A DNA stretch of 64,000 nucleotides from NCBI GenBank assembly GCA_963663165.1, contig OY760175.1, positions 6,592,001 to 6,656,000 on the forward strand. Direction: 5' to 3'. The notes under the pieces are model-generated. The model saw only the letters and a program-made list of their open reading frames with translations. It did not search any database and was not told where the DNA came from. Shown here piece after piece: positions 1 through 10,100 of the stretch; position 1 is the stretch's first letter; each line of letters opens with the position of its first letter. The translations under genes were made by a program, and so were the position numbers. Source of the DNA: an uncultured Desulfospira sp. (GTDB lineage: Bacteria; Desulfobacterota; Desulfobacteria; Desulfobacterales; Desulfobacteraceae).

Positions 1-948
1 GAACAGTTCAAAATTATCGGTATTGACCTTTTTATCCAGGCTTGTTTCCGCTTTATCAAAAATCAGGGTGATGTCAATCTCGTTGCTGTGGCACCGGGAC
101 AACATGTTTTTTAAATCCAGAAATTTGAAAAACATGAACCTTTGGGGAAAGGCAAAGTATTCCCGGATAAGCCGGTATCCCTGAAAGGTTCTATGGTCGT
201 AGGGGAACAGGGCCTGGTCCGTTGAAAACCCGTCCTGGACCAGAATGTTTTCAACATCCCGGCGCACGATTCTAAGGCTTTTGTCATCTCCGGCAGATTG
301 AATGATCACGGCCCGGCAGTTGGCAAAAATCTGCTCATAAAGCTGCATGGGAACCGAATCTTTGGTATCCCTTAAATAAACCGGGAGGGTGTCCATGTCG
401 ATCTGGTTTAAGGCTAAGGCTTCCGGCGATGACAGGCGAAGACTTAAACTTGCGGCGGCCTTGGTGCCGCTGTCAAACCCCATGGTATCCCTGAACCCGG
501 TCTGGTATACCGCCTTTTCAAGGGTGATGGGGTAAAGGGTCACCTCATGTGCCGTCTGAAACCGGCAGGCGGTTTTTTCCCCTTTTCCAATGACGGATTT
601 GAGCATGGTATCCGCCGGTATGGTAAACCCTTCGGCCAGATCCGAATCACTTAAGTCCGGCGTAAACGAAACCATGGCCATGGCCGGGGTGGGCATCAGA
701 TACTGCGGATAAACCGTGTTGATAATGGAATGGGTAAACCTTGGGAATTCTTCATCAAGTTTTAAATGAACCCGGGCCGCCAGAAAGGCAAACCCTTCAA
801 GGAGCCGTTCAACATAAGGGTCTTCACAGGAGAACCGCTCAAGCCCTAACCTGGCGGCAATCTTGGGGTTTTCCTTTGAAAACCGACTGCCGGATTCCCT
901 TAAGTGCTGAAGTTCAATGTTATAGTAGGTTAAAAATTTTTTATCCAT
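1..948 (-). CDS. tssF: T6SS baseplate subunit TssF (5' part; runs off left edge, so absent from the ORF track)
   Basis: Manual translation from ATG at 948: MDKKFLTYYNIELQHLRESGSRFSKENPKIAARLGL...CEDPYVERLLEGFAFLAARVHLKLDEEFP, the typical TssF N-terminus; follows tssE. Confidence 0.92.
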   Translation of the reverse strand, partial: MDKKFLTYYNIELQHLRESGSRFSKENPKIAARLGLERFSCEDPYVERLLEGFAFLAARVHLKLDEEFPRFTHSIINTVYPQYLMPTPAMAMVSFTPDLSDSDLAEGFTIPADTMLKSVIGKGEKTACRFQTAHEVTLYPITLEKAVYQTGFRDTMGFDSGTKAAASLSLRLSSPEALALNQIDMDTLPVYLRDTKDSVPMQLYEQIFANCRAVIIQSAGDDKSLRIVRRDVENILVQDGFSTDQALFPYDHRTFQGYRLIREYFAFPQRFMFFKFLDLKNMLSRCHSNEIDITLIFDKAETSLDKKVNTDNFELF

Positions 949-989
949 GAAGCCCCTTGTTTTCTTTGGAAGGCCCTAAGGTTAACATA

Positions 990-1481
990 TCAGGACACCC
1001 GGCATTCGCCGGTTTCAAGGTCAAATTCGGTTTTAATAAACAATTTTTCACAAATGGGTTCCGCCCATAACTCCCCTTCAATGTCAAAATGGGCCTTGGA
1101 TTTTTGATGGTGGTCCTTTGGCTTGGATTTACGAATGGTAAGGGTTTCTTTTAATATTCTGGGCTCATACCGGATAATGGCCTCTTTAATGGCCGCAATG
1201 AGCCTGGCAGTGTTTTGGGTGCCGGTAAAGTCGCCACTGAAATCTCTAACGCCGTAATTGACCACGGATTCCTGGACATAGCCGAAGCCTTCCAGCATTT
1301 TTTCATCGGGCCGGGTCAGATTGTTGAACAAGAATTCCAGGTCCCTTGCCAAGGCGGCCCGGTATTGCTTTAAGTTCACCACCTTAAATTCCCTGCTTTC
1401 CTTGATCGCCTTTGGGTACCTGTCCGTGAGCCGGTCAAGCAGGCAGGGTAAAATTTTTTTTTTCGGGGAATATGTTTCCAT
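990..1481 (-). CDS. tssE: T6SS baseplate subunit TssE (gp25-like)
   Basis: PCLLDRLTD, RDLEFLFN, SVVNYG, AIIRYEPRI, DLETG motifs. Confidence 0.88.
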   Translation of the reverse strand: METYSPKKKILPCLLDRLTDRYPKAIKESREFKVVNLKQYRAALARDLEFLFNNLTRPDEKMLEGFGYVQESVVNYGVRDFSGDFTGTQNTARLIAAIKEAIIRYEPRILKETLTIRKSKPKDHHQKSKAHFDIEGELWAEPICEKLFIKTEFDLETGECRVS

Positions 1482-1494
1482 GTCGCCGGCAAAC

Positions 1495-2289
1495 CTAAGA
1501 TTCAGGGTTTAAGACAATTTCCCTTACATCCATAAGGGGATAGTCTTGAAGGTTGGTGGCCAGCATCCGCTGGCCCTGGCCGAAAAATACATCGGCAAAG
1601 GCCTCGTTCCATAAGGTTTTCCGGCCCAAGGCAATGGCATCGTCGTCGGTCTCAAAGGACCCCGGGTACCGGGCCGGGATAAATCCCACGGACTGCCCTT
1701 CGTTTTTCCAGACAACGGTGGCCGGCAGCCAGAGCACATCACGAAGGTCACAGGGTTCGGGAATCATCATCTGCTTGATGTTGGACAGGGCGGTCAGGTA
1801 AAACCGTCCCTCAATAATGATTTCCAGAATCGGCCCGAGACGGGAGTCGGCATCGGCCAACCACTCAAAGGGTTCTCCGTTAATGGTTCCCGGGACCGCC
1901 GGTGCCTGATCCAGGGCCTTGTCCCGAAGTTTTTTGGCGGCCTTATGTTCTTTTTTCCCATCCATCATCAGGGCCTGGACCATCTGGCCGACCCATTCTT
2001 CGGGTTCACCAAAAATCAGGGGCATGCGCTGTCCGGCAAAAATTTTTTCCCTTAACACCTCACAGTTTAAAAGGGGGGCGCAGGCCTTTGCCATTAACTT
2101 GTTTTCTTCATCCATGTCACCGGCTAAATTTAACTGGGTCATGGCCCGGGTATACTCCCCGGCAATACAGAGCAGTTGAAACAGATAGGTTCTGAGTTCA
2201 GGCTTTGCCGGGTTGTTGCGGATATCCTGTTTTAACTCTTCAAGACTTCCGGAAATGGTTCCGGAAAACAGCATTTTTTTCTCAGACAT
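1495..2289 (-). CDS. tagJ: T6SS accessory protein TagJ (ImpE/SciE family)
   Basis: LFQLLCIAG..RA..QL, FEWLADADSRLGP, DLRDVLWLPA, IPARYP, LGRKTLW, GQGQRML. Confidence 0.88.
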   Translation of the reverse strand: MSEKKMLFSGTISGSLEELKQDIRNNPAKPELRTYLFQLLCIAGEYTRAMTQLNLAGDMDEENKLMAKACAPLLNCEVLREKIFAGQRMPLIFGEPEEWVGQMVQALMMDGKKEHKAAKKLRDKALDQAPAVPGTINGEPFEWLADADSRLGPILEIIIEGRFYLTALSNIKQMMIPEPCDLRDVLWLPATVVWKNEGQSVGFIPARYPGSFETDDDAIALGRKTLWNEAFADVFFGQGQRMLATNLQDYPLMDVREIVLNPES

Positions 2290-2312
2290 GGTATTTGGGC
2301 CTTTGGCTTTTT

Positions 2313-2409
2313 TTAGCTGTTAGCGGTTAGCAATTAGCAATTAGCCGTTAGCTGTTAGCGGTCAGCCATTAGATAAAACCTAAAGGCTAAAAGCTAACAG
2401 CTAACAGCT
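2313..2409. repeat. Inverted pair of degenerate heptamer arrays (TTAGCNN)n...(GCTAANN)n
   Basis: ttagctg ttagcgg ttagcaa ttagcaa ttagccg ttagctg ... ctaaagg ctaaaag ctaacag ctaacag. Confidence 0.85.
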
Positions 2410-2417
2410 TTTTTATC

Positions 2418-2912
2418 CTAGGCGCCGGTATTGGTTGCGCAGTTCCAGGATTTGGTGATGGTGCCGAGGGGAGATCCGGCCTCATCAATGGGCGTATAGT
2501 TCCACTCGATCTCTTTGTAGTTCAGTCCGATCTGTTCAACCGGACGGCCGGCCTGGCCGGCGGAGTCAGAGAAGTTGATTGAGGAAATAACAACCTCTTT
2601 GAGAACAATTTCCAGCATTGTGTGAGAGGCGGTGGTGCTGGTGACCATATGAAGCCGAGCCTCTGTAAAATGCTGTCCCTGGCAGCACTGAAGCATGATG
2701 GGAAGGGTGGCCGAGTCAAGGACCTTGGTGACGATGAAATCGCCATGTTCCACGTTGCCCACAGTGCGGCCGCCGGTGGCGCCTACGGCAGACCGGTCGA
2801 TATGGGCCGCGATGTTGTGGGAGAATCCATCGACTTTCATCCACTTATCATGGTTTGCTTCTGAGCATTCGCCGTCTAAGGTGTCAATTTTCATGTAAAT
2901 TGCATTGGACAT
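2418..2912 (-). CDS. hcp: T6SS tube protein Hcp (TssD)
   Basis: IYMKI..LDGE....HDKW, DFIVTK.LDSAT, EQIGLNYKEIEWNY, SWN. Confidence 0.92.
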   Translation of the reverse strand: MSNAIYMKIDTLDGECSEANHDKWMKVDGFSHNIAAHIDRSAVGATGGRTVGNVEHGDFIVTKVLDSATLPIMLQCCQGQHFTEARLHMVTSTTASHTMLEIVLKEVVISSINFSDSAGQAGRPVEQIGLNYKEIEWNYTPIDEAGSPLGTITKSWNCATNTGA

Positions 2913-3042
2913 GTTACTTCTCCTTTTTTTAATGGTCTTTTTTTAACGATCTGGCGGTTAACAAAATTGTTATTGCCCGTTCTTATAATTAAGTTAATAT
3001 ACCCTGCAAAAACTTTCAGGTTAGTTCAACCCCTGCCGGCCA

Positions 3043-4533
3043 TCAGCTTTTCTCACTGGGCAGCTTGGATACCAGCCGCAGGGATACGGTCAGGCCTTCC
3101 AGCTGGTAATGGGGGCGCAGGAAGAACTTGGCACTGTAGTATCCGGGGTTGCCCTCAACTTCTTCAACTACCACCTGGGCGGCCGCAAGGGGGTGTTTTG
3201 CCTTGGCTTCGGCGCTGGCCGTTGAATCCGGTGTAACATAATTCATAATCCACCGGTTCAGGAACTGCTCCATATCGCTTCTTTCGGCAAATGAACCGAT
3301 TTTATCCCGGACAATGCATTTCAGGTAATGGGCAAACCGGCATGTGGCAAAAAGGTAGGGCAGCCGTGCCCCGAGGTTGGCATTGGCCGTGGCATCGGGA
3401 TCATCATATTCGGCCGGCTGATGCATGGACTGGGCCCCGATAAACACGGCATAATCCGTATTTTTCCAGTGGACCAGGGGCATCATGCCGTTTTTGGCAA
3501 GCTCTGCCTCACGCCGGTCGGTGATGGCAATTTCTGTGGGGCACTTCATGGCCACACCGCCGTCATCGGTATTAAAGGTGTGGCAGGGAAGGCCTTCCAC
3601 CATGCCGCCGCTCTCCGCACCGCGGATACTGGAACACCAGCCGTATTTCTTAAAAGACTTGGTGATGTTGGTGGCCATGGCAAAGGCAGAATTGGACCAG
3701 ACAAATTTGGAATGGTCCGCACCGCCGGTATCCTCATCAAAGTTGAATTCTTCAATGGGATTGTCCTTGGGGCTATAGGGCTGCCGGGACAGAAACCGGG
3801 GCATGGCAAGGCCAATATACTTTGAGTCTTCCGATGCCCTGAAAGAGCGCCACGGGGCATAGTCCGGGCTCTGGAAAATCTTGGTCAGGTCTCTGGGATT
3901 GCTCAGTTCCTGCCAGGAATCCATGTTCATCAGGCTCGGGTCGGAACCGGCAATAAACGGACAGTGGGCGGCAGCGGCAATCTGGGCCATGCCCTGGAGG
4001 ATGCCCACATCCTGGGTGCTGTGGTTAAAGAAGTAATCCCCGACCAGGCAGCCGTAAGGTTCCCCGCCGGCAGAGCCGTATTCTTCTTCGTACAGTTTTT
4101 TGAACAGGGGGCTTTGATCCCAGTTGGTTCCCTTGAATTTTTTGATGGTTTTGGCCACTTCGGTTTTCTTGATGTTCATGACCCGCAGCTTTAAGGTCTC
4201 ATCGGTTTCCGTATTGGACACCAGATGGTAAAGGCCCCGCCAGCTGCCTTCCAGGGATTTGAAATCTTCGTGGTGCATGATCAGGTTGATCTGTTCGGTC
4301 ATTTTCCGGTCAATTTCGGAAATAATGGACTCAATGGTGCTGACCGCATCTTCGGTGATGGTTGCCGTGTCGACCAGGGCCTGTTCCACCAGGGTCCGGA
4401 CAGCCGATTCCACGGCAGCCTTGGCCTTGTCGGTTTTGGGTTTAAAGGAACCGGCCAGAAGCTGATCGAGTTCACTGATTTCAATGGTCTCTGCCGCCTG
4501 CTGCCCTTGTTCCAAGCTGTTTTCTTCTGCCAT
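3043..4533 (-). CDS. tssC: T6SS contractile sheath large subunit TssC
   Basis: LEGSWRGL, WDQSPLFKKLYEEEYG, KCPTEIAITDRREAEL, RPHYQLEGLTVSLRLVSKLP. Confidence 0.97.
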   Translation of the reverse strand: MAEENSLEQGQQAAETIEISELDQLLAGSFKPKTDKAKAAVESAVRTLVEQALVDTATITEDAVSTIESIISEIDRKMTEQINLIMHHEDFKSLEGSWRGLYHLVSNTETDETLKLRVMNIKKTEVAKTIKKFKGTNWDQSPLFKKLYEEEYGSAGGEPYGCLVGDYFFNHSTQDVGILQGMAQIAAAAHCPFIAGSDPSLMNMDSWQELSNPRDLTKIFQSPDYAPWRSFRASEDSKYIGLAMPRFLSRQPYSPKDNPIEEFNFDEDTGGADHSKFVWSNSAFAMATNITKSFKKYGWCSSIRGAESGGMVEGLPCHTFNTDDGGVAMKCPTEIAITDRREAELAKNGMMPLVHWKNTDYAVFIGAQSMHQPAEYDDPDATANANLGARLPYLFATCRFAHYLKCIVRDKIGSFAERSDMEQFLNRWIMNYVTPDSTASAEAKAKHPLAAAQVVVEEVEGNPGYYSAKFFLRPHYQLEGLTVSLRLVSKLPSEKS

Positions 4534-4536
4534 AAT

Positions 4537-5055
4537 TTAATCCTCCTCACCTTCCTGGGGGTTTTCCGGTTTGGGCGCTGAGGCCAGGCTCTTCATAAGT
4601 TCGGGGTCATTAAGAATCTTGCCCACCAGCTCTTCGGCGTCGGTCTTGCCGTCCATATAGGTCAGCAGATTGGACAGCTCGGTTCTGGCGGTCAGCAGCT
4701 TATTTAAAGAATCCACCTTTTTGGCAACGGCGGCCGGTGAAAAATCGTCCATGCTGTCAAAGGTGATGTCAACACTCATGTCCCCCTCTCCGGTCAGGGT
4801 ATTGGGAACCCGAAAGGCCACCCGGGGTTTCATGGCTTTCATTCTGGCATCAAAGTTATCCACGTCGATTTCCATGAATTCCCGCTGGGCGACCGGCTCT
4901 AAGGGGTCTGCCGGTTTTCCGGACAAATCCGACATGATGCCCATGACAAAGGGGAGGTTGACTTTTTTCTGCGCACCGTAGACTTCAAGATCGTATTCGA
5001 TCTGAACCCGGGGCGCCCTGTTTCTACTGATAAATTTTTGTGAACTGTCAGCCAT
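4537..5055 (-). CDS. tssB: T6SS contractile sheath small subunit TssB
   Basis: SSQKFISRNRAPRVQIEYD, LPFVMG..SDLSG; start taken at MADSS (ATG 5055). Confidence 0.95.
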   Translation of the reverse strand: MADSSQKFISRNRAPRVQIEYDLEVYGAQKKVNLPFVMGIMSDLSGKPADPLEPVAQREFMEIDVDNFDARMKAMKPRVAFRVPNTLTGEGDMSVDITFDSMDDFSPAAVAKKVDSLNKLLTARTELSNLLTYMDGKTDAEELVGKILNDPELMKSLASAPKPENPQEGEED

Positions 5056-5166
5056 TAGATTTTCCTTTTTTCTGTTGGGTTTCAATCAGTTTACATGGAG
5101 CCCGTTACTTTGGACCGTAAAGCGGCCCCATAAATTGAAACCATGGATTAACCCATACATTGGACT

Positions 5167-6462
5167 TTACTTATTTTTGAGCAAATCCGCCACCTGATTT
5201 TGGGCCTGATTTGCAATTTCACTGATAATCTGGTCAAAATTTTTCCCTACCAGCTGTCTGGCGCGATGGATAAAATAGGGAACCGGGCTCGAAGGCTCAG
5301 ATCCGCCGTACCATGCGGTCAGTTTATCCAGCCAGGTTAAGATATCATTCCTGGACCGGATGTTAAAGCCGGACTGCCGGATGGCCGGCGTGCTGTCCAG
5401 AACCGGATACCCGTCCAGGGGGCCGAACAGGGCCTGGATCTGGGGGATCTCAGGGCCCAGGACACTGGTCAGAATCTGGACAAAGTTTTTCCCTACCAGG
5501 GATTTGGCCCGGTCAAGGAGCATGGCCACCGGGCTTGCCGGTTCATTTTGTTCATACCACTGGATCATTTCGCTGAGCAGGGCATACACATCGTCCCGGC
5601 TTCTCAGATCGCCCTGGGGTGCCGGTGCCGCCGCAGCCGCTGGTCCGGCATCCTGATCCGCCTCACCTGCCGGGGCATCCGGGTCTGCCCCGTCCCCTTG
5701 CGCCGCGGCTTCCGGTTCTGCTGCCTGGGGCGCGGCAAAGGGTTCAACACAGGACAGAACCGCCGTGATGGCATCGGCGAATTTATGAAGCTTGGACATA
5801 TTGTTCTGGGAACCGGCGGATTCGTCCAGGAAGGCGTCTATGGTTTTAACCTGTTCTAACGTCTCCTTGAGCGCTGCCACCAGATTCTGGGTGAACTCCG
5901 GGTCCGTATCCCTGACCGCCGCCTCAATCAGGGTGATATCCGGGGGGGCTTCCCCTTTGGGCGGCTTGATTTCCCCCCGGGCCACCAGAATGTCCCGATA
6001 GGAGAATTCGCCGATCTGCCGGGATTTGCAAATGGGCATGTTCCTGATATTCTCCATCAACGGAGAGGTAAAGTCGGAGAAGCTGCTTAAAATGCCCATC
6101 CGCTGTTCATAGGGGTTGGGGTCATCAAAATCGGCTTCCGGAAAAATATGTTCCCAGAACGTCGACAGCATCTGGGACAAAAACTCAATGCCCTCCTTGA
6201 GCCCGGCAATCCCGTGGTTGGCCGTCATGGCGCAGATTAAATGGTAAATGACCCACATTTCCTTGCCGCGAAGCAGCAGGTCCCGGGACAGGGATTCCAC
6301 CTGCTGCCAGTCCGGGGGCTCGGCCTTGGAAAACTGGGTTTCTTCTTTTCCCTTGGCCTGCTCTTCCAGCACATAGTATTCGGTCAGGTCGGACAGATCT
6401 TCGCCGCAGGGCTCATCTTCCGAGACCTTCGCCAGTAATTTATCAAAGTTTAATATGCTCAT
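5167..6462 (-). CDS. tssA: T6SS TssA (ImpA N-terminal domain plus two tandem C-terminal EPxSP domains)
   Basis: LLAKVSEDEPCGEDL, PPDW..V, FWEHIFP; two SR.D...EP.SPV...RA..LVGKNF repeats. Confidence 0.88.
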   Translation of the reverse strand: MSILNFDKLLAKVSEDEPCGEDLSDLTEYYVLEEQAKGKEETQFSKAEPPDWQQVESLSRDLLLRGKEMWVIYHLICAMTANHGIAGLKEGIEFLSQMLSTFWEHIFPEADFDDPNPYEQRMGILSSFSDFTSPLMENIRNMPICKSRQIGEFSYRDILVARGEIKPPKGEAPPDITLIEAAVRDTDPEFTQNLVAALKETLEQVKTIDAFLDESAGSQNNMSKLHKFADAITAVLSCVEPFAAPQAAEPEAAAQGDGADPDAPAGEADQDAGPAAAAAPAPQGDLRSRDDVYALLSEMIQWYEQNEPASPVAMLLDRAKSLVGKNFVQILTSVLGPEIPQIQALFGPLDGYPVLDSTPAIRQSGFNIRSRNDILTWLDKLTAWYGGSEPSSPVPYFIHRARQLVGKNFDQIISEIANQAQNQVADLLKNK

Positions 6463-7102
6463 GTAAGCTCACGCTTGAGTTTGATATTCGCATATCCGGT
6501 CCGGCCAACGTCCGTTCCCATTCGTCTATGATTTCACTGCCGGAAAAGTTGGCCTTTGAAAGGCCGGTGATCCGGTCAGTTGAAATAATGGTGAAAATGG
6601 GAAATTCATTGTCCAAAGCCCGGGTGAACGGTTTTAAATCAGGGACATCCACCAATGACAGATACCCGGATTTAATCTCTTTTTTGGATGTTTCCAGTTT
6701 CTGGCCGGACAAGGTCTGATAAAAATCGTCAATGTCCGATACCGTGTAAAGTGCTTTATAAATTTGGAGCAGTCCGTCTCTGACGGCAAACAGCTGTGCC
6801 CATTTGAGTTCATTTTTAATACCGGATTTTCCCAACGGCACAAACAGGCTGAAGGGAAAATTTCTCAGACCGTCCGAGGACTGCATGATAATACCGGTAA
6901 TCAGGGGCGCATCTTTGGCCGGAAAAAATAAAAAGTGCCAGATGCCTTCAGGGATCAGGGTGTTTTTCTGCCCGAACACCTTGAGCATCCACTCCTGCCA
7001 CAGGCTGCCGGAGGGGGAGGCAATGGTATTGATATAATCCTTGTAAAAGGGAAGTTTGCCGTAAACTTCCACCATGTATTCGGTTTTAAATATCCCTAAC
7101 AT
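6443..7102 (-). CDS. tagF: T6SS-associated TagF-like protein (DUF2094)
   Basis: YGKLP..KDY, W.EW, W.FLF, SSDGLRNFPF; directly downstream of tssM. Confidence 0.7.
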   Translation of the reverse strand: MLGIFKTEYMVEVYGKLPFYKDYINTIASPSGSLWQEWMLKVFGQKNTLIPEGIWHFLFFPAKDAPLITGIIMQSSDGLRNFPFSLFVPLGKSGIKNELKWAQLFAVRDGLLQIYKALYTVSDIDDFYQTLSGQKLETSKKEIKSGYLSLVDVPDLKPFTRALDNEFPIFTIISTDRITGLSKANFSGSEIIDEWERTLAGPDMRISNSSVSLHEHIKL

Positions 7103-7116
7103 GGGCGTTTGCTCGC

Positions 7117-10100
7117 TTATTTGACAGCCATGGGAATATATCCGGGCAGGGATTCATCCCATTCGATGATCAAGTGAATGCCCTCAGGCTTCTCTGCCGT
7201 GTCATTGACAAAGAAGTCCAGGGCAAGCTCCCATTCCCTGGTATTGGCAGTCCGGGTCGGTTTGCCGTTGCGCACCACAAAGGCCGGGAATGAAAAATCA
7301 TTTTCCAGCAGCAGTACCTTGGCCGATTCCCGGGTTTCTTCGTTTTCCACTGAGAACTGGACCGGCACATCCTGGTCAATGGACCATACCCCTTTGGTGG
7401 ACTTGTACCGGTTGCCGCTGAACCGCAATTTGAGGGTCCTGCCGCCGCCGTCCGGGTGCAGGCCCCGGATTTCCAGAACCGTGTATTGTTTTGAAATCTG
7501 GGAATCTTCCTCCACCATGGAAATTTTAACCTCATGGATTTTGGGTTCTTTTTTCTGGTCGTAAAGAAAATCCATCCATACCAGGGCCGGCTTGATCACC
7601 TGGTGTTTATTGCCCTTGGGGTCTTTTTCAATGGCCTGCCGGATCCCGTATTTTTTGTCCAAGGCGTCCAGCCCCGAGGTTTCGTTAAAGCAGAAGTCAT
7701 AAAAATCAGCGTTTGAAACCGTTGCGTGATGAACCGAGATAATGCTGGCATTCCGTTTGGAAAAACATTCAATATCCGTTACCCGGGCAAAGGGATAATG
7801 CCCTTTAAACTTATTCCGCCATTGGCCGAGCAGGTCCTTTTTCCCCTGGCTGACCCCGGAGGCATACCCTTTTTTAAGCATATTTAAGCCATGCTGCTGG
7901 ATTTTTTCAAGACGGCCGGCAAGAATTTCCCCGCCGCCAAGCCCTGAGTCCACCCGGCTTCTGAAAGATGAAAAGGATTTAAAATCTTCCATCAGGCTGT
8001 CATCCAAAGCACTTAAGGCCTCAGAAGGGCTGTCCGACAGGCCGTCCACGCACTGGTAAAACCGGTCCTGGGCACTGCCTAAGGCACCGAGATTGCCCGA
8101 GGCCATGCTGTACACAAAGGCGGTCCGGGTCAGTTCTTTCTCAAGCCCTTTGACGGATTCATCCCGGTCTTCGCCCAGAATTTTTTTCAGATTTTCAAGC
8201 CCGCTTGAGGTGACGTTTTCCAAAAACAGGTTAAAGGGCCATGATCCGGGGTCCAGGAACAGCCCCCGTTTTTCAATGACCTTTTTGCGGTACTGTCCCC
8301 ATGCCTTTGTGGCCAGAATGGTACTGGACGGGTCATAGTTTCTCAGGGTGTTGTTCCAGAAGGTCAGGTAATCCTTATAGGTCTGGGTCATGACCCCGGT
8401 GATCTGGCCGGTCCCTGAGCTGATATCCGGGCGGGACGGGTATTTGGTGATCAGCCAGGAGTTGATGCCGGCAAATATGGTAAATTTTTCTTCCAGCCAC
8501 TTGATCCGGGCCCCATGGGGAAGGTCCATGGTCCTTGTCAGCATGGTTTCCTTAAGGCCGTTGCCGTCCAACACCGTGTTAATGGCCAGAAGGGCGGCTT
8601 TTAGATCCGCATCCCAGATCTCATCGCCCAGATAGGTGCTGATTCCGGTTTGAAGCCGTTCTTTTTCCCATCCCGGGGCGGTGAGGGCCGCCACCTTTTC
8701 AAACAGGTCTTTTTCAAGCGCGGCTTTTTTGGCCTGCCATTCCGTATCCCAGGCTTCCAGAAACCCCACAATTCTTTCCGGATTCTGCCGGATCATTTTT
8801 TCATGGGATTCCTGCAGCAGCGGGGCAAATTTGAGGGTGCCCCCCACCACCTCAAAAACCGACTGGAATTCCGGGTGCATGTTCCCGTCGGCCGTGACCA
8901 GGGATTCGAGAAGATCCGGGTAATTTTGAAGATCCGTGAGAATGGTGTTTCGGCTTTCTTTACAGACAGCGGCATGGCGGCTGACCGTGGACTGGAAAAA
9001 GACAATTTCTTCCTGGTTTTTTCCATTTTCCAGCAGGGCGGACAGGGCCTCATAATCTTTAAGGCATTGATCGCACAGCTTTGCCGGGAATACGGCGCTG
9101 TCCGCACTGCTGTATTCCAGCAGTTTCTGGGCGGCGGAAAGGAAGAGCCCGCCGTTGTACTTAAAGGCCATTTCCCCGGATATCTCCATATGGGGGGCGT
9201 TGATCATGGCCTTGTACTGTTTCATAGCCTCAATGAGATCGGTTTTGAGCATGGCCCAGTTTTTTTCCGGAAAGGTCTTCCAGAACTGGTTGAGCCCGGA
9301 GATCTCCTGACGGATAAACAGCCTTGCCTTTTCCGGGTCTTTATGGGTCAGGCCGAGCACCTCCCCTTTGGGAAATTCGTCCACAAGGTCCAGGACCTCG
9401 CCGGGCTCAACATCCATCCAGGAGGAGGTTTCCTTGGCCGTGAGAATATCGGTCTTCAAGGAATACAGCTCCCTTGGGCTGTCCACCAGGATCCCTAGTC
9501 CGGCCATGAGGTTGTCAAACAGTTTAATTTTTTCCGGGTACTGGTCCGGGTATTTGGCCACGGCATTGGCTGCGGTTTCCATGACCGGCCTGAACAGCCC
9601 TTTCAGGACCACGGCATCCTCAATATTTTCCATGTCAGCGATAATGGAGTTATCTTTGCTTCTCAGGAACCGGTAGGATATGCCCTGGGAGGAAAGGCGG
9701 TTCCGGTCTTCATTGATGACTTTGGCCAGTTTCACGACCTCGCTGGCCTGGCGGACCTGGGAAACCCCTTTATCGGTCCCCACCGTCTTCATGGCCTGTT
9801 CAACCCGTGCCCGTGTGGGCTTGAGGACCCGGGTCAACAGGGAATACCCGGTCCACAGATACCAGACAGAGGCCAGTGAAAAAACAAGGGCAATGGCCAT
9901 GGCGGCCAGTTTTAGTTTTCGTTCCTTAGTGGACACATTGCCCACCCGGGTGACCAGCCCGTTTTCAAGAAAGACCTTTTTGTAAAAGTTGTAAATAAAA
10001 TAAGGCCGGGACTTGGAAAAGGAGTCTGAAAATTCCTGAGCCCCTGAGCCATCTTGGGATTCAAGGGCCTTTACAATGGCCTGGCCTTCCTGAAGGCCGC

